A stretch of 64,000 nt of DNA, from positions 10,926-74,925 of the forward strand of contig CADEDC010000003.1 of the NCBI GenBank assembly GCA_902825985.1. Direction: 5' to 3'. This document shows positions 9,201 to 18,781 of this stretch, piece after piece (the first letter of the stretch is position 1; each line of letters opens with the position of its first letter). This DNA comes from an uncultured Acidobacteriota bacterium (GTDB taxonomy: Bacteria; Acidobacteriota; Vicinamibacteria; Vicinamibacterales; CAVVIG01). The notes under the pieces were generated by a model that was given only the letters and a program-made list of their open reading frames with translations, made no database searches and was not told the DNA's origin. A program made the position numbers and the translations under genes.

Positions 9201-10052
9201 CTAGGCGCGGGCGCGCTTCCTCGGGGCCGCGGCCTTCTCGACCGTGGCGGTGGCCGGCGCCGTCTTCTTGCGCGTCGCCGAGATGCTGTCGAGGCTCTTG
9301 CGCAGGGCTTCCATCAGGTTGACGACCTTGGGCGGCGCTTCCACTTCCTGCGCGACCACTTCGCGGCCGGCGACCTTGGCGTCGATGATTTCGCGCAGCC
9401 CCTCCTGGTACTCGTCCTTGTAGGCCGCGAAGTCGAGCTCTCCTTCGAATGTTCCCATCACCTGGCGGGCCAGAGCCACCTCCGCCGGCTTCACCTGGGC
9501 CGGCACGTCGGCGAGCTCCTCGATCGCGTCCATGCTGCGGATCTCGCTGGCATGCCGCAGCGTGTACATGATCAGCCCCTTCTCACGCGGCTGGACCTTG
9601 ATCAGATACTCGCGACCGTAGAGCGCCACCTTGCCGATTCCCGCCTTGCCCTTCATCCCCTCGCGGATGACCGCGAACGCCTCCCGCGCCACCGGCCCGT
9701 CGGGCGCCAGGTAGTAGGGACGCTCCAGATAAATCGGGTCGATCTCGGTATCGTCAGTGAACTTCTCGAGGTTGATCACCCGAGTGGACTCCACCCGGAC
9801 CTTCTCGATGTCCTCTTCGCCCATCACGACGTAGCGCCCCTTCTCGAACTCGTAGCCTTTGACGATGTCCGTGTTGGGCACCTCCTTTTCACACGTCGGG
9901 CACCATCGCTTCTGCTGGATCCGGGTCTGGCACTCCGCATGAAGCTGGTTGAAGCTCAAGGTCGCGCCGGCGTCGGTTGCCGGAAACACCTTGATCGGGA
10001 TGTTGACGAGGCTGATCTTGAGGTAGCCCTTCCAGGTGGAGCGTGCAGCCAT
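9201..10052 (-). CDS. ku: non-homologous end-joining protein Ku
   Basis: MAARSTWKGYLKISLVNIPIKVFPAT...IVKGYEFEKGRYVVM...YYLAPDG with a basic C-terminal tail (RKKTAP...PRKRARA). Only the last ~283 codons of the 568-aa ORF are credible. Confidence 0.9.
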   Translation of the reverse strand: MAARSTWKGYLKISLVNIPIKVFPATDAGATLSFNQLHAECQTRIQQKRWCPTCEKEVPNTDIVKGYEFEKGRYVVMGEEDIEKVRVESTRVINLEKFTDDTEIDPIYLERPYYLAPDGPVAREAFAVIREGMKGKAGIGKVALYGREYLIKVQPREKGLIMYTLRHASEIRSMDAIEELADVPAQVKPAEVALARQVMGTFEGELDFAAYKDEYQEGLREIIDAKVAGREVVAQEVEAPPKVVNLMEALRKSLDSISATRKKTAPATATVEKAAAPRKRARA

Positions 10053-10118
10053 GCGGCCCATCATAACGGATGGACGCCTGAGGCCAGCCCCGTCATGCTG
10101 CGATAATGAGAAGGTCCT

Positions 10119-11870
10119 ATGTCTTGCCCCTCGCTCGATCATCCAGTCCTCCGGCTGTGCGCGGCGGTACTCTGCGGCGCCGGGATGGTGTCTGCCGCCT
10201 GCGCGCCACCGCCCGCTCCGCCTGCCGATGAGTCGAATCCCGGCCCGACACCGACGATTCAGCGGACGTCGCTGGGAGAAATGCCCGATATCGATGCCGA
10301 CGCACTGCTCGCCCACGCCCGCGAGCTGTCGTCCGACCGCTACGAGGGGCGCGCGCCCGGCACCGACGGAGAGTCGTTGACCGTCGGCTACCTCGTCGAC
10401 CAGTTCCGGCGCATCGGTCTCAAGCCGGGCAATACCGACGGCACGTTCATCCAGAAAGTCCCGCTCGTCGGCATCACCGCTGCCGGCGGGCCTCTGACCC
10501 TCACCAAAGGCGCCGAGGAGCGCCAGCTCGTCTGGCAGGACGATATCGTCGCGTGGTCGCCCCGGGTGATTGCCGAGGCCGGGCTCGCCGCCTCCGATCT
10601 GGTATTCGTCGGCTACGGGGTGGTCGCGCCCGAGTACAACTGGGACGACTACAAGGGGCTCGACGTGACGGGGAAGACGGTGGTCGTGCTGGTCGGCGAC
10701 CCGCCGGTGCCCAACCCGGACAATCCCTCGGAGCTCGACGCCAAGGTCTTCGGCGGACGGGCCATGACCTACTACGGCCGGTGGACCTACAAGTTCGAGA
10801 TGGCAGCCGAGAAGGGGGCCGCCGGCGCCCTGATCGTGCATGAAACCGGCGCCGCGGGATACCCGTTCACCGTCGTGCAGGCATCGAACCTCGGCGAGAA
10901 GTTCCATCTATCGACTGCGGACAAGAACATGCACCGGGCGGCCGTCGAAGGGTGGATCACCGACGCGCGGGCGCGCGACGTCTTCACCTGGGGCGCGCAG
11001 GATTTCGACCAGCTGAAGGCGGCAGCGGCGACGCGCGAGTTCACGCCGGTCGCGCTCGGCATCACCGCGTCGATGGCGATCGCGAACACGCTGCGGCCGA
11101 TCGAGTCGCGCAACGTGCTCGCCCGGCTCGACGGCCGCGACGCCACGGTCAGGAGCGAGTTCGTCGTCTATACCGCGCACTGGGACCACCTCGGGATCGG
11201 CCCCCCGGCCGACGGCGACCGCATCTACAACGGCGCCCGCGACAACGCGGTCGGCGTCGCCGGCATGGTCGAGATCGCACGGACCTTCACGAAGCTGCCG
11301 GTGCCGCCGCGCCGCTCCATCCTGTTCATCGCGACGACCGCGGAAGAGCAGGGCCTGCTCGGTTCGGAGTTCTACGCCCGCAAGCCGGTGTATCCGCTGG
11401 CGAAGACCGTCGCGGTCGTCAACATCGACGGCCTCAACGTGCATGGGCGGACGCGTGACCTGATGCTCATCGGCCACGGTGCCTCGGAACTCGACGACTT
11501 CGTCCGCGACGCCGCCGGTGAGCAGGGGCGTATCGTGCGTCCCGATCCCGAACCGGAGAAGGGGTTCTACTACCGGTCGGACCACTTCAACTTCGCCAGG
11601 CAGGGTGTTCCGGCGCTCGACCCGCAGGACGGCACCGACTACATCGGCAAGCCGCCGGACTTCGCCCGCAACATCCGCGACGAATGGACGCTTCACGACT
11701 ACCACAAGCCGTCGGACACGGTGAAGCGGGACTGGGATCTCACAGGCGCGCGTGAGGACTTGAAGGTGTTCTTCGCCGTCGGCTACCGCGTCGCCGAGGC
11801 CGAGGTCCATCCCGTCTGGCGCGACGGCCACGAATTCAAGGCGAAGCGCGACGCGATGCTGGCGAAGTGA
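10119..11870 (+). CDS. M28 family metallopeptidase with PA domain (probable lipoprotein)
   Basis: AHWDHLGIG, NGARDNAVGVAGMVEIARTF and FIATTAEEQGLLGSEFY are M28 zinc-ligand regions. N-terminal signal ending in SAAC. Confidence 0.8.
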   Translation: MSCPSLDHPVLRLCAAVLCGAGMVSAACAPPPAPPADESNPGPTPTIQRTSLGEMPDIDADALLAHARELSSDRYEGRAPGTDGESLTVGYLVDQFRRIGLKPGNTDGTFIQKVPLVGITAAGGPLTLTKGAEERQLVWQDDIVAWSPRVIAEAGLAASDLVFVGYGVVAPEYNWDDYKGLDVTGKTVVVLVGDPPVPNPDNPSELDAKVFGGRAMTYYGRWTYKFEMAAEKGAAGALIVHETGAAGYPFTVVQASNLGEKFHLSTADKNMHRAAVEGWITDARARDVFTWGAQDFDQLKAAAATREFTPVALGITASMAIANTLRPIESRNVLARLDGRDATVRSEFVVYTAHWDHLGIGPPADGDRIYNGARDNAVGVAGMVEIARTFTKLPVPPRRSILFIATTAEEQGLLGSEFYARKPVYPLAKTVAVVNIDGLNVHGRTRDLMLIGHGASELDDFVRDAAGEQGRIVRPDPEPEKGFYYRSDHFNFARQGVPALDPQDGTDYIGKPPDFARNIRDEWTLHDYHKPSDTVKRDWDLTGAREDLKVFFAVGYRVAEAEVHPVWRDGHEFKAKRDAMLAK

Positions 11871-11876
11871 CGGGAT

Positions 11877-12329
11877 TCAGGCGAACGTCCGGCGGACGCG
11901 CGCCGACCGGGCGAGGTAGAGCAGCCAGCCGCCGTGCGCGACGACGGTGAACGCGACGTAGTACAGCGTGTCGCCCGGCATCCGGTTGTTGGGTGCTATC
12001 GACGTTCCGTAGATGAACAGTTGCACGACAGCCGACAGCACGAGCGCGGCACGCGCGAGCGCGGGCGCACCCGTCCGCCGATCCCACAACGCCCGGGCCG
12101 CGGCGAAGCCGACCGCCGTCACGGCCAGGCGCACGATCAGCAGCAGCGCGAGCGGCCAGCCGCGAACCGGCAGCGCCTGAAGCGCCTCGGCGGCCGCGGC
12201 AGCGAAGTTCAGCGGCTGCCACAAACCGAGAAAGGCGCACAGCAGCCCTACCAGCCACCCGCGCCCGGGTGGTGGGCCGGCACGCGGCCGGGCATCGGCC
12301 GGATCGGACGGAGCGGGGCGGTCAGGCAC
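11877..12329 (-). CDS. hypothetical integral membrane protein
   Basis: 150-aa ORF with 4 predicted hydrophobic helices. No family recognised. Confidence 0.45.
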   Translation of the reverse strand: MPDRPAPSDPADARPRAGPPPGRGWLVGLLCAFLGLWQPLNFAAAAAEALQALPVRGWPLALLLIVRLAVTAVGFAAARALWDRRTGAPALARAALVLSAVVQLFIYGTSIAPNNRMPGDTLYYVAFTVVAHGGWLLYLARSARVRRTFA

Positions 12330-12367
12330 GCGGGCTCGAGCATCGCACGAAACCGACGAGGAGCATC

Positions 12368-12823
12368 ATGCAGGTGTACTTGGCGCATCACGGGGAAGCC
12401 GTCGGCCCGGATGTCGACGTCCGACGACCGTTGTCGTCCGACGGGCGTCGCGGCGTGACACTGCTCGCGGCGGCGGCCGCCGCGAAGGGCATCCGTCCGT
12501 CGATCGTCTGGCACAGCGGCAAGCTGCGCGCCCGCCAGACGGCGGAAGAGTACTGGCGCGCCTGCAACGCCCTGGCGCCGCTGGTGGCGACGCGCCACCT
12601 TCAGCCGGACGATCCGCCAGTCTGGATGAGGGACCGCCTCCGCCACGAAGCCGGCGACATCCTCATCGCCGGCCACTTCCCGCATCTGCCGCGGCTGCTC
12701 ACACTGCTGCTCACCGGTCACGACGATGCGTCGACGGGCTTCCCCATCAACGGCATCGTCGCGCTCGAAACCCACGATGACGGCGAGACGTGGGTGGAAC
12801 TCTGGCGGCTGCCGCCGGCCTAG
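12368..12823 (+). CDS. SixA-like histidine phosphatase superfamily protein
   Basis: MQVYLAHHGEAV...SDGRRG...IAGHFPHL matches the SixA layout, but the canonical RHG reads HHG. Start at ATG 12368. Confidence 0.6.
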   Translation: MQVYLAHHGEAVGPDVDVRRPLSSDGRRGVTLLAAAAAAKGIRPSIVWHSGKLRARQTAEEYWRACNALAPLVATRHLQPDDPPVWMRDRLRHEAGDILIAGHFPHLPRLLTLLLTGHDDASTGFPINGIVALETHDDGETWVELWRLPPA

Positions 12824-13392
12824 CGGATCACCAGGCCGAGGTAGGCCCGCCAGAAGTCGAATCCGCCGAGTTCGAGATCGAGCTCGTCATCGTCCTCGTT
12901 GTCGTTCGCGTTGCGGAAGTAGCGGACGTCACCGCGCATGCCGAAGTGATCGTTGAAGAACCCCATGAGGCCGGCGCCGAGATTGAATCCGAAATCGTTG
13001 TTCGAAATGGAGTCGTCATCGAAGATGCCGTTGATGTCGGTTCGGATCAGGCCGATGCCGCCGGTCACGTACGGACGCACGCCGCCGCCGCTCGTGCCGC
13101 CGATCGGGATGCCGATGATGATGTTGCCCATCGCGGTCATCACGTTGTTGTTGCCGAAGTCGTTCTCGGTGCCGAAGAACTTCGGCGAGTAGCCGAAGTC
13201 GAACTCGGCGCCGAAGATACCGGCGCCCATGTATCCGGCCCCGGCACCGAACGCGGCTCGCCCTTCAGCCGGGTCGTGCCCGAAATTGACGCCGAGCCAT
13301 GGACTCACGAATCCTTCGGCTCGCGCCTGAGTCGGTGCGACGATTCCCATCGCCGCCACCATGAATACCAGCATCACGCTCACACGACGCAT
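12820..13392 (-). CDS. outer-membrane beta-barrel protein (OmpW/OmpA-beta-barrel-like)
   Basis: Signal peptide MRRVSVMLVFMVAAMGIVAPTQARA, alternating Gly/aromatic beta-strand pattern, and a C-terminal ...YLGLVIR. Confidence 0.65.
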   Translation of the reverse strand: MRRVSVMLVFMVAAMGIVAPTQARAEGFVSPWLGVNFGHDPAEGRAAFGAGAGYMGAGIFGAEFDFGYSPKFFGTENDFGNNNVMTAMGNIIIGIPIGGTSGGGVRPYVTGGIGLIRTDINGIFDDDSISNNDFGFNLGAGLMGFFNDHFGMRGDVRYFRNANDNEDDDELDLELGGFDFWRAYLGLVIR

Positions 13393-13499
13393 CACACGCA
13401 CTCCTTCTTGCGGCACTGATCACCGCTGCATGTCGTGGTGCAAGCGATGTGCCCCGCAACGGGTGTGACGCCGCTGTCGTGCTGGCGTGGTCGCGCTGG

Positions 13500-14972
13500 C
13501 TACACGGATTCTTGGATCCGTGCCGCGTGATCCTGCAGGAGCTGCCAGGCACGCGAGACATGGTCGATCGTCGTGCGCGCGTGTCCGATCGCCAGCCTGA
13601 GCACGTAGCGGCCGTTCAGCTTGGTGTGTGAGATGAAGATCTCGCCCGACTGATTCACGGCGTCGAGCAGCCGTCCGTTCAACGCGTCGAGCGCCACCTC
13701 ACGCGCGTCGGCGGCCGGCGGTGCAAGCGTCGCGGCGGCGCCGGTGCCATCGGGTTCCCACCGGAAGCAGACGACACTGAACGGCGTTGGCGCCATGCGG
13801 GTGAAGCGGGGATCCGCGTCGACCCACGACGCGAACCGCTGCGCCAGCTCGATGTGGCGTGCGAGGTGTTCACGCAGTCCGCTCGCGCCGAACGAGCGCA
13901 TCACCATCCACAGCTTCAGCGCGCGAAACCGGCGTCCGAGCTGGATGCCGGTGTCCATCAGGTTGCGCACGGCGCCGGCGTCACCCTCGCTCGTCTTCAA
14001 GTACTCGGGCGTCAGAGCGAACGCGGCACGGACGTCGTCCATGCGCCGGCAATAGAACGCGCTGACGTCGACCGGCGTGAACAGCCACTTGTGCGGGTTG
14101 ACGACCAGCGAGTCGGCGGACTCGACGCCGTCGAGGATGTGCCGATGCGTTGGCAGCATCGCAGCGGCCCCGGCATAGGCGGCGTCGACGTGCAGCCAGA
14201 TGTGTTCGCGCCGGCAGATGTCGGCGATCGCCCGCAGCGGGTCGACGCTCGTCGTCGAAGTGGTGCCGACGGCGGCGATCACCGCGAGCGGCACGACGCC
14301 GGCCGCCCGGTCGGCGGCAATCGCCGCCGCCAGCGCCTCGGTCTGCATGCGGAACGCCTCGTCCACCGGCACGCGGGTCAGCGACCGATGACCCAGGCCG
14401 ATGGCGATGACCGCCTTGTCGATCGACGAGTGCGCCTGCGCCGAGCAGTACACGCGATAGCGCGGCAGGTCGCGGCCGCACAGCCCGAGTGCCCGCACCG
14501 CGGGGACCCTGGCCTCGCGCGCCGCGGCCAGTGCGTGGAAGGTCGAGATCGACGCCGTGTCGTAGATCACCCCTTCGAACGTCGCCGGCAGACCCATGAG
14601 CTGACGCAGCCAGCCGAGCGCGACCTGTTCCAGCTCTGTCGCGGCCGGCGACGTGCGCCACAACATGGCCTGCTGATTGAGCGCCGCGGTGAGCAGCTCA
14701 CCAAGGATCCCCGGCCCGCTCGCCGTGGCGGCGAAGTAGGCGAAGAAGCCGGGGTGGTTCCAGTGGGTCAGTCCGGGGACGAGCACACGCTCGAAGTCGG
14801 CGAAGATGGCGCCGAAGGATTCAGGATCCTCCGGCGCCGAGGCGGGCAGTGCGCGGACGATGTCTCCCGGCGAATTGCGGGACAGCACCGGATAGCGTTC
14901 CGGCTCCTCCAGGTAGTCGGCGATCCAGTCGACGAGCTCGTGCCCGTGCTTCCGGAAGGCCGCGGCATCCAT
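13500..14972 (-). CDS. PLP-dependent group II decarboxylase (aromatic-L-amino-acid/tyrosine decarboxylase-like)
   Basis: Contains the HVDAAYAGAA and NPHKWLFTPVD (PLP-lysine) motifs. The N-terminus FRKHGHELVDWIADYL is typical of DDC-like enzymes. Confidence 0.85.
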   Translation of the reverse strand: MDAAAFRKHGHELVDWIADYLEEPERYPVLSRNSPGDIVRALPASAPEDPESFGAIFADFERVLVPGLTHWNHPGFFAYFAATASGPGILGELLTAALNQQAMLWRTSPAATELEQVALGWLRQLMGLPATFEGVIYDTASISTFHALAAAREARVPAVRALGLCGRDLPRYRVYCSAQAHSSIDKAVIAIGLGHRSLTRVPVDEAFRMQTEALAAAIAADRAAGVVPLAVIAAVGTTSTTSVDPLRAIADICRREHIWLHVDAAYAGAAAMLPTHRHILDGVESADSLVVNPHKWLFTPVDVSAFYCRRMDDVRAAFALTPEYLKTSEGDAGAVRNLMDTGIQLGRRFRALKLWMVMRSFGASGLREHLARHIELAQRFASWVDADPRFTRMAPTPFSVVCFRWEPDGTGAAATLAPPAADAREVALDALNGRLLDAVNQSGEIFISHTKLNGRYVLRLAIGHARTTIDHVSRAWQLLQDHAARIQESV

Positions 14973-14993
14973 GACGTGCGTCTGCCGTCGCGA

Positions 14994-15536
14994 CTACTTC
15001 GCGTGCGACTGTCCGGTCTTGATCGCCCAGTCCTTCAGTGCGGCATTCGTCAGGCCGAGCGCCGCCGCTTCGGTGGAGGCGCGCTCGACGTCCCAGCGGT
15101 CCAGGGCGATGCGCTTCACCATCCACATGGCCGCGGCGCGATTCGCGCTGGCACAGTGGACGAAGGCCGGGTTGTTCGCCGGCTTGACGATCTCGGTGAG
15201 GAACTTGTGGGCGGCCGCCGGATCGGGCGCCGCGGTGTTGAACGGGATGTGGATGTAGGTCAGTCCCGCCGCCTTGGCTGCCGCCTCGCCTGCCGGGACG
15301 TCGGCCCCCGCTTCAGTGGCCGGGCGCAGGTTGACGACCGACTTGTAGCCCATCTTCTTCAGCTCGGGCATCGCGTCGGGCGTCGTCGCACCGGCGCACG
15401 CGATTGTCGTCTCGAGCTTCGAGAAATTGGTCACGCCGGGCACCGTCTGCTTGGTCACCTGCTGGGCGGTCAACGTGACTGATGCCAGCGCGGTGGCAAG
15501 GGTGCAAGCGGTTGCGAGGGAACTCCATCTGGTCAT
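14994..15536 (-). CDS. secreted DUF442/PTP-like phosphatase-fold protein
   Basis: Signal peptide followed by ...GYKSVVNLRP...YIHIPF...VHCASANRA (a Cys-X4-Arg P-loop, as in the DUF442 family). Confidence 0.6.
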   Translation of the reverse strand: MTRWSSLATACTLATALASVTLTAQQVTKQTVPGVTNFSKLETTIACAGATTPDAMPELKKMGYKSVVNLRPATEAGADVPAGEAAAKAAGLTYIHIPFNTAAPDPAAAHKFLTEIVKPANNPAFVHCASANRAAAMWMVKRIALDRWDVERASTEAAALGLTNAALKDWAIKTGQSHAK

Positions 15537-15777
15537 GAGTCTGAAACCTCCAGTTTCGGCGTCATCATTTCACGCCTCTCGGGAGCTGGCAAGGCAATCG
15601 ATCCCGGTCATGCCGAGCCGGCGGCCGCCGCACCCCGGCCCGTCGCGTCCCGGCGGTTCCTCCGGCTGTGCTGGGCGATGACCGCTCGACAGCATCGTCA
15701 TTCGATCACCGAATTCGACGGTCGCCGCGGGCGGGCGCGGGCGGCCGCCGCCCGTCCCACCCCGCGGCTTCAGGAGG

Positions 15778-17046
15778 ATGCGCGGTTGGGCACACGGTAC
15801 GGGCATTGATCGCCTGACACGCATGACCGTGCTCCGTCTGCCATTGACGCTTCTCGGCGTCTGCCTGCTGCCGCTGACGGCCGCCGCCCAGGACGTGCCG
15901 CCGTCGCTGCGCACGGCTGCCGCCTGCGCGCCGGTCGGCGTGCCTGTCTCGCCGCGGGCGCCGCGCATCGTCGCGCTGCCGCCAGCGGACGAGACCCACT
16001 TCGACAAGACCCTCTATACCGCGGGTGAACGCGTCGGTATCGACCACGGCACCGAGGGCGGCATCGTCGGGGGCGGCCGTTACGTGGTGCGCCGACCGAT
16101 GCGGTTCTTCGGTGCGCCGCGCGCGCAGCACACCATCGGCTGGCTGCGTGTGACCGAGGCGTCCACGTCCTCGGCCACCGCGGAGATCGAGTTCTCGTGC
16201 GACGCGATTGCCGTCGGCGACGTCATCGAACCGGCGGCCGAGCTCACCTTGCCGGACGGCATCGCGCGCACCTTCGTTGGCGGCACCCTGGACGGTCAGC
16301 AGACCATGCGGGTCAGCTACGGCAGCGACGGGCGCGCGGTGCAGGGCGATCGCGACTTCGTGCTGGCGGACGGCGGGCAGAACCGCGGCCTGACAGCCGG
16401 AGATCGCTACGCGGCGTTCGCTCGTGTGGCAGCGGCTGAGAGCCCGACCGTCGCCGAAGCGGTGGTGGTGGCGGTCTTCCCCGAGCAGTCGCTCCTGCGC
16501 ATCACGGCCGCGAGCGAGGCGGTCTTCGCCGGCGATCGGCTCGTGCGCCGGATGGGCGCCGTTGATCCGGGCATTGCCGGCGCCGACCGCAGCGCGACAG
16601 CGGCGGCGCCCGCGAACGCCGCCGCCGGCGCCGCGGTCTCCGGGGCACCGACCGCGGCACGGTCTGCCGCCGCGGATATCACCGGGTCGCCGGCTTCCGA
16701 ACGCCGCGTCACGTTCGAGGACGTCTATTTCACCCTCGACCGCCATACGCTGCGGCCGGAAGCGACGCGGCTGCTCGATGAAGCGGTCTCGACCCTGCAG
16801 GCCGACCCGACGCTGCGCGTTCAGGTGGAAGGGCACACCTGCAGCATCGGGACGGCCGAGTACAACCTGACGCTGGGCCAACGGCGCGCCGCCGCGGTGC
16901 GCGCCTATCTGCTGGAGAAGGGGATCGCCGCGAGCCGATTGACGACCGTCAGCTACGGGGAGGAACGGCCGGCGCACGACAACGGCACCACCGAGGGGCG
17001 CCGTCTCAACCGTCGCGCGGTGCTGAGCGTCAGCATCCAGCGCTGA
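15778..17046 (+). CDS. OmpA-family protein (C-terminal peptidoglycan-binding OmpA domain)
   Basis: C-terminus FTLDRHTLRPEATRLLDEAVSTLQADPTLRVQVEGHTCSIGTAEYNLTLGQRRAAAVRAYL...NRRAVL. The alternative start at 15823 (MTVLRLPLTLLGVCLL signal) is equally plausible. Confidence 0.8.
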   Translation: MRGWAHGTGIDRLTRMTVLRLPLTLLGVCLLPLTAAAQDVPPSLRTAAACAPVGVPVSPRAPRIVALPPADETHFDKTLYTAGERVGIDHGTEGGIVGGGRYVVRRPMRFFGAPRAQHTIGWLRVTEASTSSATAEIEFSCDAIAVGDVIEPAAELTLPDGIARTFVGGTLDGQQTMRVSYGSDGRAVQGDRDFVLADGGQNRGLTAGDRYAAFARVAAAESPTVAEAVVVAVFPEQSLLRITAASEAVFAGDRLVRRMGAVDPGIAGADRSATAAAPANAAAGAAVSGAPTAARSAAADITGSPASERRVTFEDVYFTLDRHTLRPEATRLLDEAVSTLQADPTLRVQVEGHTCSIGTAEYNLTLGQRRAAAVRAYLLEKGIAASRLTTVSYGEERPAHDNGTTEGRRLNRRAVLSVSIQR

Positions 17047-17118
17047 CGGAGACGGCACGAGGCCGGGCACGCGCCGAGCGCAGGCTCCCGGCTTCGGCGA
17101 TTGGCGTGGGCGGGCAAT

Positions 17119-18141
17119 TCACCGTTCCACCGTCACCGACACCGGCGACAGGATTCGGGCGGTGACTTCGGCGCCCGACTGGAACTCCGCGGCGCTTCGT
17201 TCACCCGCCATCACCATCGCGGTGCCGCCGCCGGCACCGGCGGTGGCGCCAACTGCCGCGCCTCTGGCGCCGCCGATGAGCGCACCGAGGATGGCGCCCG
17301 CGACGGCGCCGCCGCCAATCTTCTTCGCGCTGCGATCGCCGCGTTCCTCGCCATAGCGATAGATTGTGTCGGTCTGAATCGGCAACCGCGCACCGTCGGG
17401 CAGCACCAGCGTGTGGAACCGGATGCCGAGGCGCGCCCGCTCCTTGAACTTGCCGCCGCGCTCGACGAGCATGACCGAGCCGAGGGCGCGCGCGCCGGCC
17501 GGAATCGCCACGAGGCGACCGACCCGGACATCACGGACGACCCGCGCGTCGACGTCATCTTCGACCCGGGCGCGTTCGCTCGTCACGCCGCGATCGAGTT
17601 CGAGCCCGATGACCGAGTCGGCCGACACCACGAGCTCCTCGAACAGATTGACCGGTTCGACCGGTGTCGACGGCAGCGGTTCGGCCTCCGGCAGCGGCTC
17701 GAGCGGCGTCTGACGGCTGCTGTCGGCCTGGATCGTCGCGGGCGGCAGCCCGGTCGAGACCGGCGCGCTGTCGACCGGCGACGGCCGTTCGCCGGCTGGC
17801 TGGGAGGTCGGGAGCCGATTGACCGCCGGCGGCTGCACGGCCGCCGGTCTGCGGACCGGCTCGGGGCGGAGGCGGACGACCGCGGGACGCGAGGTGATCG
17901 CGACCGCTGTCGCGGTGGTATCGGGCGTCGCCTCCGGCGGGGCCGCGGGCGTTGCGTCGGCGTCGGCGTCGGTTGCCCGGATTGGCACCGCCGCGATGGA
18001 AGTGGCCGGCGCGTCGGCGCTGGCCGGAGCCGCCGCCTCGGTGCTGACGTTCGCCTGACGCGTGGCGAGATAGCCGCCGCCTGCCGCCGCGGTGACGCAG
18101 GCCAGCGCGAGGGCCCCGAACGCGAGTCGATTCGAAAGCAT
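17119..18141 (-). CDS. membrane-anchored hypothetical protein with Pro/Ala-rich linker, beta-rich domain and C-terminal glycine zipper
   Basis: N-terminal anchor FGALALACVTAAAGGGYL and C-terminal GGGAVAGAILGALIGGARGAAVGATAGAGGG. The beta-rich region loosely resembles the TrbI/VirB10 pattern. Confidence 0.55.
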   Translation of the reverse strand: MLSNRLAFGALALACVTAAAGGGYLATRQANVSTEAAAPASADAPATSIAAVPIRATDADADATPAAPPEATPDTTATAVAITSRPAVVRLRPEPVRRPAAVQPPAVNRLPTSQPAGERPSPVDSAPVSTGLPPATIQADSSRQTPLEPLPEAEPLPSTPVEPVNLFEELVVSADSVIGLELDRGVTSERARVEDDVDARVVRDVRVGRLVAIPAGARALGSVMLVERGGKFKERARLGIRFHTLVLPDGARLPIQTDTIYRYGEERGDRSAKKIGGGAVAGAILGALIGGARGAAVGATAGAGGGTAMVMAGERSAAEFQSGAEVTARILSPVSVTVER

Positions 18142-18429
18142 TGGGTGTGTCTCCTTGAACCCACCCGGCCTGACGCAAGCCGCGTACCTGAGCCTGGACG
18201 TCGAAAATGGCCTAAGTTCCTCGGAAAATGCAGCTTACCAGAACCGCACCGGGTCGCGGAGTGTCCTCTGGACGGGAAAGTGTCCCTCCTTCGCCGCGGT
18301 CGCGGCGGGCGCGCTGGGCCGTCTGCCGCCGGGCTTTGGGGCAGACGCATGTGCATGTGTCGCTCACCAGCCGATATGACCACTGTCGGCCCTCGCGAGG
18401 TCTGCCGTTGTCCGGGATGTGAGGAACGT

Positions 18430-18723
18430 ATGTCTGTTATCGCCGCGGTGCTCGTTCCGCTGATGATCCAGGCCCTGGTCATCCTTGCCGCCCACGGTGT
18501 GCCGGAGCCCAGCACCCTGCCGGGCGCCGCACTGCTCGGGTTCCTGGCGCCCTACGCGCCGCAGATTGGCGCCATTGCGGTCGGCCTGATCATCATGGGC
18601 CGCCAGTTCGGGGTCTGGACCTTCGCCTTTGCGGCACTGTACGTCCCCGGGATGCTCCAGTTGCTGCAGTGGTTGCTGCTTCCGATGGTCGCCGCGATGG
18701 GATACCCGGTGGCAGCCGCCTGA
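18430..18723 (+). CDS. small integral membrane protein (97 aa)
   Basis: ATG at 18430 preceded by GAGGAA. Three hydrophobic helices. This is the only credible part of the 540-aa ORF 17101..18723. Confidence 0.45.
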   Translation: MSVIAAVLVPLMIQALVILAAHGVPEPSTLPGAALLGFLAPYAPQIGAIAVGLIIMGRQFGVWTFAFAALYVPGMLQLLQWLLLPMVAAMGYPVAAA

Positions 18724-18781
18724 TCGCGGCTCCGACCCGCTGCCCGGGGTTCGAACCACGGCGGCCCGCCGGCACCCAACC

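Noticed and set aside
5692-9204. 1,170-aa ORF on the plus strand
   Set aside because: It is antisense to polA, whose homology is unambiguous. It has an Arg/Gly/His/Asp-rich composition with no recognisable motifs. Long stop-free antisense frames are expected at ~70% GC. The only real plus-strand gene here is the lipoprotein at 8381-9154, which is in a different frame.
10053-10907. N-terminal 284 codons of the 568-aa ORF that ends in Ku
   Set aside because: This part overlaps the M28 peptidase gene on the other strand and has shadow-frame composition. Ku homology starts at MAARSTWKGYL (10052).
17101-18429. First ~443 codons of the 540-aa plus-strand ORF 17101..18723
   Set aside because: This part is antisense to the 340-aa membrane-anchored protein and is Arg/Gly-rich. 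Only the terminal 97 codons, from the ATG at 18430 preceded by GAGGAA, look like a gene.
18741-18770. GGGGTTCGAACCACGG resembling a tRNA T-arm (GGTTCGAAxCC)
   Set aside because: The flanking bases cannot form the 5-bp T-stem, and no acceptor, D or anticodon arms can be drawn. It is most likely a chance match just after a stop codon.
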